Below, in pieces: positions 44,773 to 59,240 of a DNA stretch of 64,000 nt. Location: assembly GCA_951406725.2 (NCBI GenBank), contig OX597832.1, positions 22,878,001 through 22,942,000 on the forward strand. The letters run 5' to 3'. A program made the position numbers and the translations under genes. Each line of letters begins with the position of its first letter. The first letter of the stretch is position 1. The DNA comes from Octopus vulgaris. Its lineage: Eukaryota. The notes under the pieces are model-generated. The model saw only the letters and a list, made by a program, of their open reading frames with translations. It was not told the origin of the DNA and made no database searches.

Positions 44773-44850
44773 GGACTAGAACTGTTTCATTCAAAAGAAA
44801 TCATCAGGAAGCTTCCTGATGATTTCTTTTGAATGAAACAGTTCTAGTCC
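44773..44850. repeat. Perfect 78-bp palindrome containing CTGATGA...GAAAC on each strand
   Basis: 39-bp arms centred on AAG|CTT; imperfect extension to 44754-44867. Confidence 0.95.
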
Positions 44851-44860
44851 TGTAAACTCC

Positions 44861-44919
<59 letters not shown>

Positions 44920-46042
44920 GTAAAGCTAACATTTATATAACTAAGTCTCACATATGAACGAGGAATTATAAGTGTATACATTTATATTCATATAATTGTA
45001 GAATTCGGTTTTTACGACACCACAGCTGACACGCCGCAAAAAATAAACAAATAATAAAGAATTCTGGAAAAATAGAATATTTCATAAAAATGAAAGAAAC
45101 TTCGGTTCTATATCTTCAATGAAAGAGATAGTGTATTCGCTAATATCCGAAAAAAATGTTGATAATATCAAATGAAAAAAAATAAAGATACACGTATTGA
45201 ATTTGAGGAATATCTAAAATTATAAGCAAAGAGAATCGTGATAGTATTTTCTTCAATAATATTCAAGAAATGGAAAAACAGAACATTTTTCTCGCCAAAA
45301 TTATTCTACCGACATAAAGGACGTAATGAGTTGAGTGCAAAATTATTTCTTCTAAATGTCATGGTATTCCATGACCTTATGTTTGCGTCACTATGAAGGG
45401 TGATAAATTTGTAAAAAACTTTATTCATTTACATGTTTTCGTCCGTCTTAATATTCAGTTTCAAAAATAAAATTCCTGTTTTTTCTCCTTCTTTTTTCGA
45501 TATCTTTGCTTTTCTTCTCACATTGTCTAACTTAGGTTAAATGATTTAAATAAATTCATGACCCTCTTTAACCGTTTTTAAAATGCATTACGTTGGCTAC
45601 TTATTAGTATAGAAACAGGGTACAAAGTTCACATAATAATCTTTTCTACTATACACACAACGCCTGAAATTTTGTGGGGTGTGGTCCAGTGGATTAAATT
45701 GCCAAACGGATACTTATTTTATCAACCCCCGAAATTGTAAACTGTAGAGTCGACCTCGGTAGTACAGGAGTTTTACTTCTGTCATTATTGTATTGTAGCA
45801 ATACTCATAATTTATCCTTTATCCAATGTTTCGGTAATTATTCAAAATGCTGAAATAAATACAAATTTTCAAAAGAAAAATATTGATTACTTTTAGATAA
45901 AAACAAATCTCCTTGTAACTACACTGTCATTTACTTCCCGTTTTTTTCCTTCTCCTGTCAACCCTGTCAACCACCCATCTTGCATATCATAAAGTTTAGT
46001 CTCTCTCTTTCATATCCCCCATTTCTCTTTCCTTCTTTCTTT

Positions 46043-46073
<31 letters not shown>

Positions 46074-46310
46074 GATGCCTGACTGAAGATTTCAACCAAA
46101 CATTCATCATTTACATTAGCTTTTTTAAATAAAGATTTAGGTCACGTACCATTGGAATGTGGAAATGCGAGATCGCCCCTCTACATCAACCCACAATTCC
46201 TCTTTCTTTTCATCAAGGTCTACCCTCGGAAAAAAAACAAAAAACACCAGTGGTGCAAAATACCTGTTCCTTTTTTTCTCTCGGCGCAAAATATCAGAAA
46301 ATATATATTC

Positions 46311-46522
46311 GTTTCTACTCTAGGCACAAGGCTCGAAATTTTAAGGGAGGGGCCCAGTCGATTAGATCAACCCCAGAACGCAACTAGTACTTAATTTATC
46401 GACTCCGAAAGGATGAAAGGCAAAGTCGACCTCGGCAGAATTTGAAGTCAGAACGTAAAGACAGACCAAATTCCGCTAAGCATTTCGCTCGGCGTGCTAA
46501 CGTTTCCGCCAGGTCGTCGCCT
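46311..46522 (-). mobile_element. SINE B with the alternative tail; further diverged B copies at about 45635-45760, 48360-48745, 49215-49445 and 63400-63590
   Basis: tttctactctaggcacaaggctcgaaatttt...aaaggatgaaaggcaaagtcgacctcggc...gtcgccgt-like head. Confidence 0.85.
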
Positions 46523-47692
46523 TATAAAAAATATATATTGATTACGCTTTCTGACTTCAAATTATTTTTGTTTGTTTTTAATCCAAAATTCATTATTTGG
46601 ATTTTATTCTCGAACGAAAATAATTTCAACTCATTAATGCGTTATGCTTGTCATCAGACTTAATTGCTAAGAGACATTATAATCAAAGATGTAGATGTGA
46701 ACATTTACGACATTTTCTCGATTTGGGATCTACAGTTACGTTAATCAAATTAACAAAAATGCCGTTCTTTCTTTAAGACGATAGGAATTCGAAGGTTTGA
46801 ACTGCTATTTCTAGCATGTTTAATTATTAGTTTCGTGATTAACAAAGAGATTAACGTAGTCAAGTCATATATTGAAATTCATAAATTGGAAATTGTGTGT
46901 CTCAGAAATACATTATTGTTTGGCACCGAATTTCCAAACTGCTTAGATTTTAGTTTTTAAGAAATTAATTTTATTTTGCCGAGTTTGTTAATTTGTTGTT
47001 AATTAGAATTTTACTGAAAAGAAAATAAGGAAAAATAAACAGTAGCTAATTACAATGAGAGCTATAAATATCTTATGTCTGGGAAAAAAAGTTGTTTTTA
47101 AGATTATTAATTAGAATTTTTATTTTTATTTAGAATTTGGTTATTTCTAATTGTATCAAAATATGATTAATGATTGGGTGCATTTTATATGTTAATGTTA
47201 AATAATTACTTTTTAATTCAAATTGAACAATCTACAGATACAATTATTAAAGACTGGGTAAATTTCTAATGAATCTCTCTCAGAGAATCAGGAACAAATT
47301 TTCAAGGCGTCCCAGTAAAGTGAACTCAGACCGATAGATATGCTCCGTGTTCGAATTAATTGAATTAATTCTTAAATACGTTAAGCGTGCTTCAATATCA
47401 ATATGAGATTGAAGCATCTCAAACTTGTATTGATGTCAACTGCACTTCCAAAGAGAACTGTCTGTTTTTTTGTGTGTGTGTGGCGAATTAAACTACGTAA
47501 ATTCATGGAATTCACCTGTAGATAAGAAATGGAATAGAAGGCATTGTAATATTCAAATTTATTGAAATCCAAAAAAAAAAAAAAATTAGATAATAGTTCA
47601 AAAAAATATAAAAGTATATTAAAACTATAACGCTAGGTTGAAAAATGTTCCAAAAATAATGCTAAACAAGGAAATTATGATACTTTTCAATG

Positions 47693-48065
47693 GTGGAAGC
47701 ACTCCGTCGGTTACGACGACGAGGGCTCCGGTTGATCCGATCAACGGAACAGCCTGCTCGTGAAATTAACGTGTAAGTGGCTGAGCACTCCACAGACACG
47801 TGTACCCTTAACGTAGTTCTCGGGGATATTCAGCGTGACACAGAGAGTGACAAGGCCGGCCCTTTGAAATACAGGTACAACAGAAACAGGAAGTAAGAGT
47901 GAGAGAAAGTTGTGGTGAAAGAGTACAGCAGGGATCACCACCATCCCCTGCCGGAGCCTCGTGGAGCTTTTTAGGTGTTTTCGCTCAATAAACACTCACA
48001 ACGCCCGGTCTGGGAATCGAAACCGCGAGTCCGCTGCCCTAACCACTGGGCCATTGCGCCTCCAC
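47693..48065 (-). mobile_element. SINE family C, full length, with 11-bp TSD
   Basis: TSD acttttcaatg at 47682-47692 and 48066-48076. Confidence 0.95.
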
Positions 48066-49669
48066 ACTTTTCAATGAAATTCTCATGCAATACATAAACA
48101 GTAGTATGTTTAACTACCACCTTTCTGAATTACTTCAAAGACACGCGATTTCGTGCTCCCAATTAACTTCTGCAAACAGGTCAAGTGAGAGATTACCCCA
48201 AGCCTTCTAGACACAAAGACACCCACATAAAAACAATACACTGTTCATGCGCTGCTATATGAAGAACATATATTCACACAATATTCAACTCGCCCAAAGA
48301 GGGGCAATAAGTACCATCAGATCCGGCCAACCCGCCGTCCAATATCACTACAATTCTGTCTACTGTAGACACGAGACCTGAAACTTGAGACGAATGACCT
48401 ACTTGCTTACATTGCTCCCAGTGATGGTACTTTATTTTGTCGATCTCAAAATGACGTAAGGCACAGTAGACTTTGACAGAATTTGAACTCAGAAAACAGA
48501 AATTTTACTCTGCATTTTATCGGACATGCTAACGAGTGTGCCAGTTAACCGGTTTAATAATGATAAAAATAATATTTTCTACTATAGGCATAAAGCCTGC
48601 TCAAGCGATACTTATTTAATCGATCCCGAGAGGACGAAAAGCAAAAGTGACCGAGGCGATATTTTAACTCAGAAAAATAAAGCTGAAAAATGCAGCAAAA
48701 ACACTTTGTCCGGAGTGCTAATGATTCTGCCAGCTTGCCGCCTTTAGATAAATAAATAAATAAAATGGTGAATGTTACAGCTAAACATGGCCATTTGACA
48801 TTCTATAAGAGGAAAATTCTTTACTTTGCAAAACGAAGGACAGATAAATAACAAGACTTTTTAATGTGTCATTATTTTAATAATATCATCTGATGTACGC
48901 CTTGAAAATGCTAGCTACGTTTTGTTGTACATCTTGATGTGAAGGGCAGATACATATCGGGACTTTTGATGTATCATTGTTTTAACAATAAGGTCACGGG
49001 ATTTACGCTTTTAAAATAATAGCTATGTTTGTTGAAAAACAACTCAATTTCTCAGGAATACACCAGCAATCTCTATACTCAATTGCCAAGCTGTAAAATA
49101 AGTCACGCTAAGATAATTAACTCTCGTACTAAACGAAGTTGGTATAATTTCTATAGCGAAATATATTATTGCTTAGATTCAGTCTGAATAATAACTAACT
49201 ACTACATACTTATGCGACGGTAAAGCGATGAGGAAGCAGAACCGTTGGCTTGTCGGAAAAAAATGTTTTACGGTGGCTTTTGTTTTAGTGGGTGGGGTTC
49301 TTGCTCTTTATATACTGAGTTTAAATCACGCCGAGGTCAACTTTGAATTTTTTTTCCCTTCGGAGTCGATAAAATAAAGTACTAGACTTCATGTAATCGA
49401 CTTGTCCCCACCTCTCAGAAATCACAGGCCTTGAATCCTACAACAGACCGTTGCTTCCCTCACAGAACGGTATTTGTGTTTATGCGAGTTCAGTTTTGTG
49501 GAAGTGAAATGTTGTATTTTACGTAAAATAACAATGCAACTTCAAATCAATCACCGAAGATGATAAGTAACAGATTCCAAGGTGTTGATTGCTGTGTTGA
49601 GTTTTTGCAACGTTAGAAGTTGGTTTCTGCACAGTTTGGGACTACGGAAAATTTGTATCTATTAGTAGT

Positions 49670-49885
49670 CAGGGCTGTGTAGATAAGATTCTATTTTCAT
49701 AAACGTGCGTTTTCGGGGTCAGTCTCGGCATTTTGAGAAAGTGTCTTCCACTATAGCCCAGCAACCACATTCCGGGTCCATTCCCACTGCGTGGCACCTT
49801 GGGCAAGTGCCTTCTACTATAGCGTCGGGCCAACCAAAGCCTTGTGAGTGGATTTGGTAGACGGAAACTGAAAGAAGCCGTCGTA
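49670..49885 (+). mobile_element. SINE A, two tandem head fragments
   Basis: Decayed head to gtgtcttccactatagcc, then a younger head from aaccacattccggg to gaaagaagccgtcg. Confidence 0.8.
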
Positions 49886-49892
49886 TATATGC

Positions 49893-49935
<43 letters not shown>

Positions 49936-50021
49936 CTCTGAGGGCTTCGCTTACCGAATCCTTTAGTTATATTGCGATTGCTTCCACGAACGCATGCTTA
50001 CACTATTTCAGCATGTTAAGT

Positions 50022-50283
50022 CAAATAAAAATAAATGCGCCCTTTTAAAGCCTTCGCAGGTTCATGGGCCCGGTTTCCTGGTTTCTATGCCGTATGTGTT
50101 CCCCAGCGGGACGGGACACCAATCCATCGCAGCGTTACCCACTTTTGCCAGTTGAGTGGACTGAAGCAACGTGAAATGAAGTGTTTTACTCAAGAACACA
50201 ACGCGTCGCCCGGCCCAGGAATCGAAACCACAATCTTACGATCATGATGCTGACACCCTAGCCACTAAGCCACGCGCCTCCAC
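50022..50283 (-). mobile_element. SINE family D (tRNA head, CORE-like and V-domain-like segments), 13-bp TSD
   Basis: Head gtggaggcgcgtggcttagtgg...gtttcgattcc; gtgttcttgagtaaaacactt; gctgcgatggattggtgtcccgtcc; TSD cagc(a/c)tgttaagt at 50009-50021 and 50284-50296. Confidence 0.85.
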
Positions 50284-50985
50284 CAGCCTGTTAAGTAGTT
50301 ATTTTTAAATATTTATCAATGAAATCAAGCCACCTTTATAAACCACGCTACGCATCATCGCCAAATATTTGTTCTCATACATGTGTTGGGAATCAAACTG
50401 GTATATTTAGTTGGTTTCCAGAGCCATCGGAAACTAATTGTATACATTACATTCGTTCATATGGTTATTTTGATCTGCCATGTCCTCAATCGATCATAAG
50501 TGACTTCCAACTCACTTTATGCATTCAGGCCAATTTAATATCAATTTATTCTGCTGGAAAAAGCGTGGCTCATCACAATAAGTCTCCATCCATCCTTTAA
50601 TCTTTGTGTAATAGTTCATTATGGTGCTACAGGTAAAATGAAATTCTAAACATAAACGGGAAAACGAATTAATAGGTTGCTCTATGAATAATCTGTTGAT
50701 GATATCCTAATAGCATTTGCTTTGAAGTATAAACGTTGATTTAATAATATTATTCCTTCTCTTCATATCAGAACGGGTAATATTTGATACATACCCAACA
50801 AGGAAGCGTACTAGACACCAACAATTCTACATTAAACTGAATTAATACATGGACTATGTTAGAGAGCTAATTGTAAATATTAAAGTTTAGGTGTTATATA
50901 AGAATATATATATATATATTTTAGAGAGACTTAGTAATTTTAATATTTCTATTATATATATATAAATATCCATGTACATGTGTAT

Positions 50986-51019
<34 letters not shown>

Positions 51020-51209
51020 GCGTATGTATATATGTATTTGTATGCATATATATAAATGTATGTGTGCGTATGTCTATACATATGTGTATGTGTATGTATG
51101 CATATATATATATATATATATTCGGTGCGTGTTCATCGGCTACCTTATTATGCACTTTATCAGTGATAACCATCTTGTTTCATATGCGTATGCACACACA
51201 CACACACAT

Positions 51210-51253
<44 letters not shown>

Positions 51254-51439
51254 ACACACATACAGCAACAGACGATGTGAGAGAATGAGAGAACGATAAA
51301 CCTCAAAACTGTAATAGAGAAGAAACTTTCTATCTTTTTACTAAGAACTGAAATTACAAGAACGTAGTTCTCAGTATTTTTGCAACCGTACATGAAGATA
51401 AAGGGCTACATTAAGTTTACAACGATGATTGTGGTTACT

Positions 51440-52045
51440 GTGGTTGCCTAGTAAGAAGTTTGCCTCCCAACGACACGATATGGGGTTCAATCCTCCTATG
51501 TGGTGGCAATTTAGGTAGATGTCTTCTCTTACTTCCCCGAGTTGAATAAATCCTTGTTATTGGATTCGGCAGACAGAAACTGAACAAAGCGTGATATATA
51601 TGTGTGTGTGTGTGTGTGTTTGTGTGTGTGAATTTTTGTCTTTGTGTCTATGCTTGCTCTCTACCACCGCTTGACAATGGGTATTGGTTTGTTTACATCC
51701 CTGTGATTTACGAAATATACATCTCTCTATGTATATATATGAATCTTTTACTTGTCTCAGCTACGAGATGAATATAAACCAACCGTCTCGATTCTAGTAA
51801 TCTTTGAAAGCCTGGAACTCATTCTTTTGTCTAACAGCTATGTAAGAATGGCAAACAAAGACACACTCTCACACAAATATACGCAAATATATATAGAATG
51901 GGCTTCTTAACACTAATTGCCTATCAAATACACTCACAAAGCTTTGTTTGAGTCGGGATTATAGTAAAAGTCACTTTCCCAAGTTGCTACACAGTGGGAC
52001 TGAACCCGAGACCATGTGGTTGGGAAGCAAACATCTTACCACGCA
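51440..52045. mobile_element. Two diverged SINE A copies tail-to-tail (plus about 51440-51710, minus about 51745-52045); another head on minus at about 52948-53113
   Basis: gtaagaagtttgcctcccaac...; acagtgggactgaacccgagaccatgtggttgggaagc. Confidence 0.75.
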
Positions 52046-53209
52046 TCTACACCAGATACGTATCTACGTATATGGCCGTAAATAAACATAGAACTTACGT
52101 CACAGAAACAATCTCGCCCACACCAGAGTAAAAAAAAACCGAACAATTGTCGAAAAGAGGGTGTGGTGAATAAAATATGGAAGCAGTAGAACAGATCTTA
52201 TTTGAAAACGAAATATTCAGGGGAGAATAAATAATGACGGAATACAGAAAGAAAAATTCTTACGCGAATAAGATTGAAAACAAGGACTGATATATGGCAG
52301 CAGAACGGGAATAAAAAACAACTTTTTACGTAATTTCAATTTTAAAGATGCTTGTGTTCTTAAAATCGCACAAAAAAAATCTATATTTTTTTTAGTAGAC
52401 GTTAGTTAAAGCCTTAAGAATACAGATTATTAAACGAAGAATAATCCTAATAAATTGTTGTATGAAGGGAATTATATAACAATTAAATAACAAACATTTT
52501 AGGAATTAAAATAACGGGAAAATAAAATCTGAAAACGTCCAAATAAAGGCCTCAAAGAAATATTTCGGTGGTAAATAAGATAAGTAGAAAATCGCCATGA
52601 AGTAAAAAGGAAAACCATAAAAGAAACGAAAATACAATAAATCATGTGGTACCTCAAGGACGCAAAGATTTCTCTGCGATGAAATAATAGAAGCCATTAT
52701 TGAGGTTGTTATTGGAAATCTTCCGAAGTATTAGACAATAGCCACATTTTTTTTGTATGAAATGCCTGTGTGTTTAAAATGAAAATATAGCAACAACTTT
52801 CAATAAAATAAGAGAGATTCCTTATTGAAAAACTGAGTGGATGCCAACGCCAAAAAAAAAAAGATGATTTGCAAACACAGTCGTGACAAATGAGGGAAAT
52901 TTAGGACCACCACGATGCGTTGTAGCATTTTATAAGACAATAACTTGGACGGGCTTCTTTGAGTTTCTGTCTTTCAAATTTCAAATCCATTCACAAGGCT
53001 TCGGTCGACCTGCTATAGCAGGAGACACTCAGCCAAGGTATCACGCAGTAGGACTAAAACTAGGACCATGTGGTTGGGAAGTAAATTTCTTACCAAACAA
53101 CCACGCCTGCGCCTATATATATATATATAATTACAAAAATAAGGGCTTTTTGCAATAAGTTAATTAACCACATACCGAAAAACCCTTATTATTATAATTA
53201 TATAAATTC

Positions 53210-53260
<51 letters not shown>

Positions 53261-53330
53261 GATATTTCTACTTATGCATCTTATACATGTATATATTTAT
53301 AAACATATATACATATGGTAGTATTAGTAT

Positions 53331-53425
<95 letters not shown>

Positions 53426-53474
53426 CTGGGCCGTGACTGAAATTTCAACAAAAGAAGTACTCCATCTGGTGAGA

Positions 53475-53855
53475 AATAAATATTGTTTATTTAAAGGTCA
53501 GAGTAGATGTATTAAAAAGAAAACTAATAGTTTCATTTGTTGCGAACACTCAAACATGTCCTTCAGGTGCAAACCAAATAGCATAATGAACTGAAGAAAT
53601 TAAATAATAGAAGAAAGGTGAAAAAAAAACTGAGAAGGCAGTATATAGAAAACACAGACAGGAAACAACGGAAAACGAAAAATGAAAAATGAAACTGCAT
53701 GCTGCCTTTTCAGTTTTTTCGCGTTTCTTCTATTATTCAATTTCTTTAGTTCCTTATATAATGTTTACGCCTGAAGAATATGTTTCAGTTTCTTCAACAT
53801 ATGAAACAATTAGCAGCGTTCTAATCCATGTATTGTGGCCTTCAAATAAATACTA
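53475..53855. repeat. Diverged inverted repeat (about 53475-53620 / 53722-53855), each arm with a hammerhead-like motif
   Basis: aataatagaagaaa pairs with tttcttctattatt; plus arm CUGAAGA-AUAUGUU...AACAUAU-GAAA-caau-UA at 53771-53812. Confidence 0.65.
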
Positions 53856-53985
53856 TATATACGTATGTGTATGTGCTTGTTTATGTCTGTATTTGTGTAT
53901 GTATATGTATATTTATATATATACAGTATATATATATGTGTATATGTAAAATATATATATATATATGTATGCAGATGTGTATGCA

Positions 53986-54038
<53 letters not shown>

Positions 54039-54061
54039 TTTTATATTCATATATATGTGTG

Positions 54062-54165
<104 letters not shown>

Positions 54166-54310
54166 AATAAATTGCCGTCTAGATTACCAAAATTGAAATT
54201 AACACTGACATCTCAATTTCACAGATATAATTACCAAAACTACATAAAAATAGTACGTTTAAATATTTGTTGTGCAAGATTTTTTATGTGAAGTCGTGTG
54301 TTGAAACAGA

Positions 54311-54465
54311 TATTGTTATATTTCGGAATGATCATTTTGCCAGTTTAACCAATAAAAGATTAATGTAAAAAATAAATAACACTGAAGCAAAGTAACACCA
54401 AATATATAGTGCGTGTGTTTTTATTGGCTAAACTGGCAAAATGACCATTCCGAAATATAACAATA
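54311..54465. repeat. 47-bp inverted repeat (54311-54357 / 54419-54465)
   Basis: tattgttatatttcggaatgatcattttgccagtttaaccaataaaa versus its reverse complement, two mismatches. Confidence 0.9.
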
Positions 54466-54479
54466 CATAAAAATATATT

Positions 54480-55565
54480 CAAATATATTTAGTAAAATCG
54501 CCATTCTCTTTAAACACGGCTTCAGACGAATTCAGGAATCTCTTGCAACTCTTCTGGCGGGTTTCATTGCTTAAGTTAGTGAATGCTACCGTAATCCTTG
54601 CCTCTAGTATATCTTTTTTGTTACAAAGAGTTTTGTTGCTCTCTCACTCAATGCGGCCAAAGGAGTTGCAATCAGGGGAGTTAGGTGGCTCGATGTTGTG
54701 GTCTGACATCCACGACTGGATTCTGCTGCTGGATTGTGTGGCATGGTGCAGAGTCTTGTTGCCAGACATGGGGTATTCGGACACCCACCCTCCGGATCCA
54801 GGGCAACGCTATTTCCACCAGGAACTTGATATAAGCCTCCGTGTTGAGTCTGATGCAGTGTGGGAAGTTGAATGGAGGCATAACATCGCTATCACTAGTG
54901 ATTACTCCAAACAACCGATGTTGCTGACCGGGTGTTTGATTTTTATTACTCTCGGAACAAGGTTTGGGTACATGGCAGGCCACGTTGTTTCTGTGTGTTC
55001 ACCATTTGATCCTGGCAGAATTTTTTCTAGCCTGAGAAAAACCAAATCATGTTCAGTTGGAGGGGAAGCTTAAGTTCGTTCAAAAGCTTTGTCGAGCAGT
55101 CTTTCATCCTGGCCTTGATGGCTTGGGATAACAAATTGTCCCTTTTTCATCTTGTATGAGGAATACCGAATATCTTCATACATTACCTGACTCATACGAA
55201 ACCCAGACACTCCCATATCCCTGGGATTGAATCTGATTCACTTAGAGAGATGGTTGTCTATCATGGCCTGTATCTCACCAACATTTCAGGAGTTCTCGTA
55301 TCATAACGATCAGAGTGAGTTTTCCGAGTTGCAGTACATTTATAAACCCCATTAGATTCATGCGTCTCTTTCCAAATCCTCTTCACTGTCCTCGCATTGA
55401 CACTAAAACACTCTGAAGTGTTCATATTCGAGCTTCCGGCTCGAATTCCAAGCAGTACAGCATCTCGTTGCCAAATACCTGGAAGAGTGAATTGTGCCAT
55501 CGTGCTGTTTTTCTCACACACGGTGCCCAACGGACTCAACTACGCTGTGTAGGTAGTCGCCAAAA
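54480..55565 (-). pseudogene. Tc1/mariner superfamily (maT/DD37D-like) transposase pseudogene
   Basis: ATG at 55500; HTH-like SECFSVNARTVKRIW; FGVITSDSDVMPPFNF...WQQDSAPCHT...PPNSPDCN; several frameshifts. Confidence 0.88.
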
Positions 55566-55606
55566 TCAGAAACAGTTTCTGCCAGCTGACCACCGTGTTA
55601 TCAGTA

Positions 55607-56248
<642 letters not shown>

Positions 56249-57596
56249 AAGGAATGAAAAATCTTGATGTCAGAAATATTTTGTAATTTGAAACGACGCG
56301 AAATATTTGTTTTCTTTTTCATTATAGCCTCTTCGCCTAACTGCTTTAAATTTACTAGTCTTGCTTGTATAAACTTGTGAGAATATGCTGATGCATAAAT
56401 GAACGTCAGTCAGATACCAAATTGACAGAGATTAGAATAGCTGGAGAAAAAAATGGAGGTTGAAATAGATACGCCATGGTGTTAACTGGTAAATTGGCTT
56501 GCTATCAGATCTTCAATTGGAGTAAAAACCGTTTATTTGTACCGAGGGAATAAGAGTAACTACTAAAGAGCAACTAGATTCGAGTCTGCTACAACAAGAT
56601 TCGTTTTAAAGAGAAAATGATAAAAGAGTGAACGATCAGTATACGTCGTAAATAATGTTATTACCTCGTTAAAAATGCCGAATGGGGAATTTTCAAAGTT
56701 ATGCTTTACACCTCATACGAAAATGTCAATTCAAGTTACGTCTGTTTTTCTTTCTTTCTGTCTTTCTGTCTTTATATATTTTTTGTTACATTTGCATGAA
56801 TGTATTGCAGTGGTTTGATAGAAGATTTGATGGATTAGAAAATCATACATTGTTGGGCGATAAAAAATATTATGGTCTAAAAACTGATAAAAAAGAAACC
56901 CTGGTGCTTGTTTTTTCGTAGTAGTTGCTTTTGTGTAATGTATAATATATTAGTTTTGGAGAACTAGTTGAAATGTTAGAAGTTAGAAGATCTTTTTTTC
57001 TTTCTTCCCTTTTTTTATTATTTTTGAAAAAGTTTGTGACTAATAAAGTATTTTATACATTTCCGAGTATTCATTACATGCAAAATAAAACAAACGCCCT
57101 TTATCTCACAAATGCTTAAGATAAATATTATTTCTCCCGGAAACGGGCACATAATTACGAACGAGACAAAGAGACACACATAAGAGACACACATAAACGG
57201 CCGTACGCCCACAGGTATCGATGAATGCGTGTGCATATGTGTGTATGGAAATGTTTATATGTATATAATCAATGAGTATTGTTGTCTAGTAGATTTTCTT
57301 ATGGGAAGAGAAATAGTTAGTTTTAACTGCTATTTCTAAATTTCGGTATGTGGTGAAGGAAATTTTTGCTGAATTATAATTTTTGCTAATTATAATTATA
57401 CTCATAATTATAAAAATGTTGTTCATATATATATGAATTACAAAAACCACCTTTTATCAATTCAAAATGGAAAATTAAATTACACCATCTAGAAAATTAC
57501 ATGTAATAGAAATATCAAATATAAGATTAAAAAAATAATATACCGATGATTAAGTAATGTGCAAAATAATAAATAAAACGTGTATATTTGGTAGAA

Positions 57597-57700
57597 TAAC
57601 TACACGTGTTTCGTGGCAATATTTAAGAAATGATTATAGTAAAAATATTAGTAGTAGTATTAAAATCACTTCAATATAAATGTAGCCAATCATCAGGTTA
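57597..57700 (-). ncRNA. Type-I hammerhead motif with long stem II
   Basis: UAAC-CUGAUGA-uUGGC...GCCAc-GAAA-CACGUG-UA-GUUA; palindromic stem III ACACGUGU, GUA triplet. Confidence 0.65.
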
Positions 57701-58022
57701 GAAATAACTACAATAATAAAATAATTAATTAATGAATATACGTAAATAATCTTTTAAAATATAAATATATTCTTTAATATATATATATATATATATACAT
57801 ATATATATAAGATACAAAACATACATTAAGTGAAAACTAAATACAACACTTTAAACTATATACATTAAATCAGATTATTAAATAATATATTTATTTAAAT
57901 AAATAATTATATATCATAATTAATAACTATCATAACTTATATCTATCAATATATATATAAATGATAATATTCTAACAATAATAATAACAATAACAATCAA
58001 ACCCAATATAATTCAAAAGCTA

Positions 58023-58059
<37 letters not shown>

Positions 58060-58334
58060 TGCTTGACCATTTTGAAAATAAATCCCCCTTTTGTTAACAT
58101 AAAATACTTCAGCATTTGGGTAGTTGTATTTTTGGAGTCCTCTGTTTGGTGTGAGTTTCAGGTCTTCGTATACGGAGAGGACTGTAACATCCATGTATTT
58201 TTATACTATCTATGTCATTTTCTTTTATCACACAACTCTTTCTATTTACAACAAATCTTATGTAAAATCCTACAGCACAGGAAACACCACAAGGTATTGA
58301 GTATTTCTGTTTGATGTTCGTTTGATTACCCATA

Positions 58335-59010
58335 TCTATAATAATAAATGGCAAGTTTGTATTTTTGTGAATTTGTTACTTTAACTCCTTCGAGACTATC
58401 CAACAGGCCTTGATGAAACTTGACACGTGTGGGGGGCTTATGCCTATACGGTTAATTAGGCGCTTGGAATTATAAAGAAGATCGATTCTTAATCACCAGC
58501 GATTTTTCTGAAATCGTAAAATTTCAGCATTTTATCGCACTAGCTGTTGTGACATCAATTTGACGAAAAATGCCGAAGTTTGACGAAAAATGTCCCATAA
58601 GTATAAAGAGACAGTTTATTAACGGTTTTCTATTTAGCATTTGCTAATTCTTCATTTCAATGCGAATTGTTTTGATTTGCTAAAACTTATTTCGAATCCT
58701 TGTCTTAATTCCACAGCGTTTCAGATTTTGATTAGGTAAAATCGTTATATTTCTCAAGCAAAATGTAGATATTTTGCATCCTAAGCGTTGTGAACTCAAT
58801 TTGATGTAATATGCCCCAAAGCGTAAAAGTTCGCCATTTTACGCACATACACAAAAATGTTAACAATACGGATTCGCTACCAGACTAAGCTCATTTTATC
58901 ATTAAATTGGTCCTACTCATTAATATATGTTTTAAAGTTTAGCAAAAATGTTGAAATTTGACGAAAAATGTTTCATGGCTATAAACAAACATCTTATTAA
59001 CAGTATTTTA
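58335..59010 (+). mobile_element. Probable Helitron-like 5' fragment
   Basis: A|TCTATAATAATAAATG start and internal repeats (tttgacgaaaaatg at about 58560, 58580 and 58960); no 3' hairpin or CTAG found. Confidence 0.45.
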
Positions 59011-59240
59011 TTACCTGTCCCCTCAGTTAGTAACAATATATAAACAAACATTAATATATCTATACATATACACATGGCTGTTTTTGTTTTTCAGTCCCAG
59101 CAGACAAATTATCAAAGACATGCCTACTATGACCTTCTCGTCTTTTCCTTCTATGCATACTTTCATAACGTAATTTAGATTTTACTACGCAATATGTTCC
59201 TTCACTCTTTTCGAGAAGAAATGGTTTGATGTAAAGGATA

